DNA of 40,461 bases from Verrucomicrobiales bacterium (lineage in GTDB: Bacteria; Verrucomicrobiota; Verrucomicrobiia; Limisphaerales; UBA1100). The DNA is taken from positions 1 through 40,461 of the forward strand of contig PBVU01000003.1 in assembly GCA_002728775.1 (NCBI GenBank), in the 5' to 3' direction. Below, piece by piece: positions 34,738 through 40,461 of the stretch (within the stretch, counting starts at the first letter, position 1; the number at the start of each line of letters is the position of its first letter). The notes beneath the pieces were generated by a model that was not told the origin of the DNA, did no database searches, and worked only from the letters and a program-made list of their open reading frames with translations. The position numbers and the translations under genes are program-made.

Positions 34738-37439
34738 CCTGCAATTATCTTTGGCACTTCCGTCAGGGCATCATCGAGTTTAGCCACATTTTTCCCACCA
34801 CCCCGCGCATGGGTTGGCTTTCCACCTCCTTTGCCCTCCACAATTGGAGCGATGGTTTGGATGATTTTTCCGGCCTGTATTTTGTCCGTCAGGGTTTCAG
34901 GAACGGTTGCCACCAATGCCACGTTTCTGTCCCCTGCCGCGCCAAGAACAACCACGCCCTCAAAGGAACCTTTCATGGCATCCGCCACAGACTGGGCAAA
35001 ACCGCCATCCACATCCCCCAAGTTTGAGGCAATAAACGGCACGCTGCCCACTGCTTCAGCGTCGCTCATCAGGCGCTTAGCAATTTCAGAAGCCTGACTT
35101 TGGCGGATATTCTTGAGTTGTTTCTCGAGCTTCTTGGATTGGTCCAAAGCCTGCTCAACCTTCTGCTCGATGGACTTTATGGGTGTGTTGAGAATCTCTC
35201 CCAAGGCGGAAATGCGGTCCGCGTCTTCGCGGGCCTGTTCAGCGGCAATTAATCCGGCTACGGCTTCAACGCGGCGCACACCCGCCGCAATGGCGGATTC
35301 TCCCGTGATGCGGAAAAGTCCCACTTCGCCCGTTGCTTGGGTGTGAGTGCCGCCACATAGCTCCATTGAGTAGCCATCCAACGCGCTTGGCTTGCCCCCA
35401 ATTTGAACCACGCGTACTTGAGAGCCATATTTGTCACCGAAGAACTGGAGTATGTCATCTCGCTGTCGCACCTCATCGTGTGCAGCCTCTACCCAGGACA
35501 CCGGCGAGTTCTCGACAATGCGTTCATTAACCAGCTTTTCGATGTCGAGCAATTGGCCGCGATCGAGTGCCTGACTGTTAAAGTCGAACGTCAGCTTTTC
35601 AGGGCCAACATAGGAGCCCTTTTGTGCCGCGTCCGGGCTGGTCACCTCGTGGAGTGCCCAGTGAAAAAGGTGGGTTACAGTATGATGCCTCTGGATGGCT
35701 GCCCTCCTGTTTACATCTACAGTGATTTCAACCGAGGTCCCTTCCTCCGGCATCCCCTCCCCCTTCAGGAAATGGAGAAATGCGTCGCCTGCCTTCTGGG
35801 TGTCGGTGACGGCCCAAGATATTCCGTTTACAGAAAGGATCCCGGTATCACCCAGCTGACCGCCCATCTCCGCATAAAACGGGGATTGATCCAGGACGGC
35901 CGCCGCACGTTTCTTTTCCCGGACAATCTCAACAACGTTCGCTGTTCCCGACAGTTTTTCAAAGCCGGTGAACACGGTTCGAGTGTCAGTGGACAAGCTG
36001 GTGACGCTGACGACTTCCTTTTTCTGGGCAGATCGCGCCATTTCGCGCTGCTTTTCCATGAGCTTGTCGAAACCTGCGGAATCCACGCTCAAGCCGGCTT
36101 CACGCGCCATTAGTTCAGTCAGGTCGAGTGGAAAACCGTATGTATCAGAAAGCTTGAAGGCAAATTCGCCGGACAACACCTTGCCTTCAAGCGTGCCCAC
36201 TTCCGCGTTGAACATCTCGATTCCGTTGTCCAGCGTTCGGTTGAAGGATTCTTCTTCCGTCCTGATGGTGTCCCGGATCAGGTCCTGCCTCTTCACCAAT
36301 TCTGGGAAAACATCTCCCATTGATTTAGCCAAAACATCGACCAGTCGATAAAAGAAGGGCTCCCGAAAACCCAATGACCGGCCGTAGCGCACGGCCCTCC
36401 TCAAAATGCGGCGTAAAACATAATTGCGATCCGTATTGCCCGGCAGAATTCCATCCGCAATAGAGAAACTTAGCGTGCGGATATGGTCACCAATGACCCT
36501 GAACGCGATATCGCAGGTGTGTTGAGGGGAAAGCTTGGCGCCGTTGCTTGGGGGAAGTGAGGCCGTGTATTTTTTTCCGCTTAGTTTTTCCAGTTCTAAA
36601 AAAATGGGGCTGAAAACATCCGTGTCATAATTTGAAACAGGCCGGCTGAAATCGGTGAAATTTTTCGTGGACTGAATGATCGCCGTGACGCGTTCGAATC
36701 CCATACCTGTATCCACATGCTTAGCGGACAGCGGCGAAAATGACCCATCTTCATTGGCGTTATATTGGATGAAAACAAGGTTCCAAATCTCAATGCACTG
36801 CCCGCTGTCCGCATTGACCAGACTCCCCTTGGTGGAGCCTTCAGGAGTGAGGTCAATATGCAGCTCGCTACAGGGGCCGCAGGGACCGGTTTCCCCCATC
36901 ATCCAGAAATTGTCCTTTTTCCCTCCATTTACGATATGGGTATCCGGATCCAATCCGGCCTTTTCAAAAACGGCATTCCAGTAATCATGGGCTTCACTGT
37001 CAAATTCCCCAGGATCACTTTTCCCGGGCTGATAAACGGTTGCGTAAAGTCTTTCCGGAGGGAACCCCCATTTTCCCGTCAGCAACTCCCAAGCCCATTC
37101 GATAGCTTCCTTCTTGAAATAATCCCCGAATGACCAGTTGCCCAACATTTCGAAAAAAGTGTGGTGATAGGTGTCCATCCCCACATCCTCGAGATCATTG
37201 TGCTTGCCTCCGGCACGAATGCACTTTTGTGTATCCGCCGCACGACCGGGTGTATACGGGCAACTTTGTTCGCCTAAAAAAATGGGCACAAATTGATTCA
37301 TGCCTGCATTGGTGAAAAGCAAGTTGGGCGCATCAGGCATCAGGCTGGCGGAGCCTACAATCGTGTGCTGCCGTCTCTCAAAGAAGTCCAGAAAATCCTG
37401 CCGAATCTGACAGCTGGTGGGTGTGGGATTGTTGGTCAT
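34734..37439 (-). CDS. alaS: Alanyl-tRNA synthetase
   Basis: [18 protein letters not shown], the editing-domain zinc motif [13 protein letters not shown] and the C-terminal DHHA1-like [15 protein letters not shown] at 37439 (a GTG at 37442 is also possible) overlaps the upstream TGA. Confidence 0.97.
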   Translation of the reverse strand: MTNNPTPTSCQIRQDFLDFFERRQHTIVGSASLMPDAPNLLFTNAGMNQFVPIFLGEQSCPYTPGRAADTQKCIRAGGKHNDLEDVGMDTYHHTFFEMLGNWSFGDYFKKEAIEWAWELLTGKWGFPPERLYATVYQPGKSDPGEFDSEAHDYWNAVFEKAGLDPDTHIVNGGKKDNFWMMGETGPCGPCSELHIDLTPEGSTKGSLVNADSGQCIEIWNLVFIQYNANEDGSFSPLSAKHVDTGMGFERVTAIIQSTKNFTDFSRPVSNYDTDVFSPIFLELEKLSGKKYTASLPPSNGAKLSPQHTCDIAFRVIGDHIRTLSFSIADGILPGNTDRNYVLRRILRRAVRYGRSLGFREPFFYRLVDVLAKSMGDVFPELVKRQDLIRDTIRTEEESFNRTLDNGIEMFNAEVGTLEGKVLSGEFAFKLSDTYGFPLDLTELMAREAGLSVDSAGFDKLMEKQREMARSAQKKEVVSVTSLSTDTRTVFTGFEKLSGTANVVEIVREKKRAAAVLDQSPFYAEMGGQLGDTGILSVNGISWAVTDTQKAGDAFLHFLKGEGMPEEGTSVEITVDVNRRAAIQRHHTVTHLFHWALHEVTSPDAAQKGSYVGPEKLTFDFNSQALDRGQLLDIEKLVNERIVENSPVSWVEAAHDEVRQRDDILQFFGDKYGSQVRVVQIGGKPSALDGYSMELCGGTHTQATGEVGLFRITGESAIAAGVRRVEAVAGLIAAEQAREDADRISALGEILNTPIKSIEQKVEQALDQSKKLEKQLKNIRQSQASEIAKRLMSDAEAVGSVPFIASNLGDVDGGFAQSVADAMKGSFEGVVVLGAAGDRNVALVATVPETLTDKIQAGKIIQTIAPIVEGKGGGKPTHARGGGKNVAKLDDALTEVPKIIAG

Positions 37440-39763
37440 CACTCGGCGGGAACACGGTTGATCGTGTGAAAAATGCTCTGCTTGATTGGCATGCCATCAT
37501 CGGCTTGGATGTTGAACCGGATTCGCGACTGCATCACCGGTTTTAATCCGTCAATTTCGATGAAGACAGATTTTTTATCATCGGACAACCGGATGGATTT
37601 AATCGTGACAGGGTCTCCTCCATAGGCACCCTGCCGCTTGTCGCCCACAACTTTTGCGGGATCCTTGACAGAGTATAATTTGGAACCGTAGTTCTGAGTC
37701 CACTGATAGTTCCATTGATCGATTGCCCAATTTTGATCATCTACTGCCGAGGCCGCATCCAGTGGATTGGTAAAGGTGACGGCAAGACCATTCCGATGCA
37801 CATGCAACTTGAGCGGCATGTGGACAGGCTTGCCCGTGTAGCGGACCCGATGAAACGCTCCATAACGGGCCCCGTTGGATTGCCAGACACGCAAACCCGC
37901 AAGATAAAGCTGGCCGTCCACCGGATTGAAGCGCCCTCGCATGATTCCAGAATCAAAACGGAGCGGAAAGCGGACCGCGCCGCCCTGCCATTGGCCTTCA
38001 ACTTCTTCCTTTAAAACCAAAAACAGGCTACTTTTCCCGTAGGACAAGTGCAGCAGGCTGTCCGTAAAGGGGCCCCATTTATCACTGGTGACCCACGTCT
38101 GCCCGCCGCTGGAATTATCGACTTGATGCGGCAGCCAAAAGAGGGGCTTGTCATAATCAGCCGGTATTTCCTTGTGGTGGGCGGTGTGAACGTGGCCATA
38201 AAAGCCGCCAGGCCTGACGAGGTTCACGCGGGATGTTGGCACCCAATTACCCTCGTTGTCGGCACTGGTCAACTCGCCGTTCGGCCCCACACTCATTCCG
38301 TTGGGAGCCCGATGGCCGGTGGCCACGATCTCCAGCTTTTCCCCATCTGGCGAGACCTTCACCAGGCAACCGTGATGAGGCACTGTGGCGGCCCGAAGGT
38401 TGCCACCCTTAATAAAGTAAAAATTGCCCTGGGGATCAGTACTCAGGTTGAGGCAAAATTCGTGGTAATGATTGCTGATGGAAATATCGTTATTAAAATT
38501 TTCATAAAAATCCGCTTCACCGTCCGTATTAAGATCATTCAGTCGGGTAATTTGATCCCGCCCCAGGACGTGCACCTTTCCATCAACAATTTTCAATCCT
38601 AGTGGCTGAAACAGCCCAGTGGCAAAGCGTCGCCACTGGATATTGTCAAGCTTGTCATTGATCCCGCTGACCACCCAAACATCTCCAGTGACTGAGCAAA
38701 CTGCGGCAGTCTCGCCGTCCTTAAAAAAATCAAAACCGCTGCACCGAATCCAGGATTTCCATGGGTTTTCCTCGGGCACGGTAATGGTGTCGACGACGTA
38801 CGCGCCGGGAGTTGCTCCCAGTCGCCCGTGGGTGGTGACGGGCGTGCCCCATTGGGCGGGCCCACCTCTTGTGTGGTCCGTAAGTAGTTTTAAATCCAAT
38901 TTTGCACTGGCCTGCTTTTTGAGTTGATCCAGTTCCAGCTTGGGGCCGCGCCAGATAACAATTGCAAATCGAAGGGAGCCATCGCCTGTCATGATGTTGG
39001 CGGTAATGCGTCCCTGATCAATCTTTAGGCTCACATCATCAGGCGAGCCAATCACAGCAGCAGCGGTGGCGGATTCCCCGTCCTCAAGGACAGCTACTCC
39101 GTCATCCAGTTTGCCGGTTGCAGCAGTATCCTGACAGACCATAAAATTTAGGGGGCCCTCGTAGTTATTAGGCGAAATTTCAAATTGTCGTATGAACACC
39201 CCATTCTTGAAACTGGGCATTTCCAGAACAGACGCTCCGCCAACAGAATATGAGAGAATCACATTTTTGCCGTGAACATAGTGCCCGCGCCACCGGGCCC
39301 ATTCGCGGGGCAAGGGCCCTTGGGAATATACATTGTTGCCGTCGATTACAGGTGGGGATGGCTCCTTCCATTCCCCTTTGGGGCTTGCCCAGCCCGGGCT
39401 CATAGGGGTTCGGAAGGCGATATCTCCTTCAATTTGCGGGACGCCTTCCAGTCCATCCCGGCCGGTCGGCAATTTCAGGAACCCACCCCTCCAGCCCACT
39501 GCCATCCGCATTCTTTCGGTGTCAAAACATACCGATGCCCCACCTCCAAGTTTGATGTTCAAGCCCTTGAGGGCAGGTCGCCAAAGCTTCCCACCTACGC
39601 GGGTTTCCAAGCCGTAGGCCTGAAATGGGCCGATGTCCATTTCATCCCATTTCGTCTTCTTGGTATTGGGTTTTTTCTTTTTCCCGGGCTTCTCCTGTTG
39701 GGCAAGCGCCTCCCCTGCTACCATTGCCCAGCACAGCGCCCAGATCAGGCACCAAAAACGCAT
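37439..39763 (-). CDS. Secreted beta-propeller protein, paralog of 16076-18382
   Basis: 774 aa with a signal peptide. Shares blocks with the other copy: ITRLNDLNTDGEADFYE vs ITRLDDSNGDGQADLFE; APNGMSVGPNGELTSADNEGNW vs EPNGIGTFGAEKDLFVTDNQGAW; WQGGAVRFPLRFDSG vs WQGAVWPFLKGFRSG; and a C-terminal W..Q.NYGS block. No CxxCH motif. Confidence 0.65.
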   Translation of the reverse strand: MRFWCLIWALCWAMVAGEALAQQEKPGKKKKPNTKKTKWDEMDIGPFQAYGLETRVGGKLWRPALKGLNIKLGGGASVCFDTERMRMAVGWRGGFLKLPTGRDGLEGVPQIEGDIAFRTPMSPGWASPKGEWKEPSPPVIDGNNVYSQGPLPREWARWRGHYVHGKNVILSYSVGGASVLEMPSFKNGVFIRQFEISPNNYEGPLNFMVCQDTAATGKLDDGVAVLEDGESATAAAVIGSPDDVSLKIDQGRITANIMTGDGSLRFAIVIWRGPKLELDQLKKQASAKLDLKLLTDHTRGGPAQWGTPVTTHGRLGATPGAYVVDTITVPEENPWKSWIRCSGFDFFKDGETAAVCSVTGDVWVVSGINDKLDNIQWRRFATGLFQPLGLKIVDGKVHVLGRDQITRLNDLNTDGEADFYENFNNDISISNHYHEFCLNLSTDPQGNFYFIKGGNLRAATVPHHGCLVKVSPDGEKLEIVATGHRAPNGMSVGPNGELTSADNEGNWVPTSRVNLVRPGGFYGHVHTAHHKEIPADYDKPLFWLPHQVDNSSGGQTWVTSDKWGPFTDSLLHLSYGKSSLFLVLKEEVEGQWQGGAVRFPLRFDSGIMRGRFNPVDGQLYLAGLRVWQSNGARYGAFHRVRYTGKPVHMPLKLHVHRNGLAVTFTNPLDAASAVDDQNWAIDQWNYQWTQNYGSKLYSVKDPAKVVGDKRQGAYGGDPVTIKSIRLSDDKKSVFIEIDGLKPVMQSRIRFNIQADDGMPIKQSIFHTINRVPAE

Positions 39764-39841
39764 TGGCTACTCATGCCAAAATCCACGGTCAATGGCGATA
39801 AAATTTGCCGGAGTAACCGCCGTGCGCTACAACGACTGCCC

Positions 39842-40461
39842 TTGAGCAAGACATTCTATATCACGACAGCCATTGATTACGTCAACGGCCAGCCACACTT
39901 AGGGCATGCGTATGAGAAAATCATTACCGATGTCATTGCTCGCGCACGGCATTGTCTGGGCGAGAATGTGTTCTATCTCACGGGTCTGGATGAGCATGGG
40001 CAAAAAGTCCAACAGGCCGCCGAATCGGCGGGAAAAGATTCGCAATTCTACTGTGACGAATTGGCCGAGGATTGGCAGAAGTTCGCGCGTGTGCTTGGCA
40101 TTTCCAACAGTGATTTTGTTCGGACAACGGATACTCGTCATAAGGCTGTGGTTCAGCAGCTGCTCCAAAAACTCCATGAACAAGGTGAATTTTACGAGGA
40201 TGAGTATGTTGGTTTCTATTCTGCAAAACAGGAATCGTTTCTTACAGAGAAAGATCGTCGGCCAGATGGGTCATTCGATCCGCTTTATGGCGAAGTGCAG
40301 GAGTTGCGGGAAAAGAACTACTATTTCAAGCTCGGACGACATCAGCAGTGGTTGATCGATCATATCGAGGCCAATCCCGATTTTGTGGCGCCCGAAAATC
40401 GGCGCAACGAAGTGCTGGGCTTCCTCAAAAACGAGAAGTTGGAGGACTTGTGCATCAGCCG
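39842..40461 (+). CDS. metG: Methionyl-tRNA synthetase (5' part; continues beyond the window)
   Basis: The frame is open to the window end. (M)SKTFYITTAIDYVNGQPHLGHAYEK carries the class I HIGH-type motif. The TTG at 39842 gives the typical short N-terminus. An in-frame ATG at 39773 would add 23 atypical residues and leave only 9 nt to the divergent gene. Confidence 0.88.
   Translation, partial: MSKTFYITTAIDYVNGQPHLGHAYEKIITDVIARARHCLGENVFYLTGLDEHGQKVQQAAESAGKDSQFYCDELAEDWQKFARVLGISNSDFVRTTDTRHKAVVQQLLQKLHEQGEFYEDEYVGFYSAKQESFLTEKDRRPDGSFDPLYGEVQELREKNYYFKLGRHQQWLIDHIEANPDFVAPENRRNEVLGFLKNEKLEDLCIS

Noticed and set aside
33496-34760. An expected FMN riboswitch upstream of ribBA.
   Set aside because: The ribBA start overlaps the alaS stop (ATGA), so there is no non-coding leader in which a riboswitch could sit.
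35403-36113. A 236-aa + strand ORF, plus neighbouring 80-130-aa ORFs, inside the alaS region.
   Set aside because: They are antisense to a full-length, motif-complete alaS. No motifs and no start context.
1-40461. CRISPR arrays, tandem repeats, IS elements, toxin-antitoxin pairs or known defence-system genes.
   Set aside because: Reading both strands, I saw no repeat-spacer periodicity, no transposase-, integrase- or nuclease-like ORFs, and no intergenic region longer than about 90 nt.

Overview
This 40.5-kb chromosomal segment is almost entirely coding, and about 32 of its 36 genes lie on the minus strand. It probably comes from a PVC-superphylum bacterium (Verrucomicrobiota/Planctomycetota-like). 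The evidence is a DUF1549/DUF1553 + DUF1501 gene pair and two large secreted beta-propeller paralogs typical of that group. Most of the content is housekeeping: serS, glgA, lepB, lepA, a phosphohexomutase, rpe, ftsH, tilS, tRNA-Arg(UCU), a DHPS-like gene, ribH, ribBA, alaS and metG (partial). I found no CRISPR array, transposase, integrase, phage gene or recognisable defence gene. The least ordinary part is an 11-gene aa3-type haem-copper oxidase cluster (23.8-32.2 kb). Its gene order is unusual, with subunit II after I/III/IV. Subunits II and III carry large insertions, one of them with a His-rich tract. Two unassignable small membrane ORFs sit in the cluster, one with a lipobox and CxxC. An EgtD-like methyltransferase is translationally coupled to its tail. 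A perfect 16+16-bp palindrome with a TGTGA-N6-TCACA core lies directly upstream. Other points worth a second look: an abrupt base-composition step inside glgA at about nt 2070-2100, a probable leaderless serS, a PVC-specific secreted-enzyme cluster at 12.6-20.3 kb, and a divergent DHPS-like protein. All family assignments come from motif recognition by eye. No database search was run.
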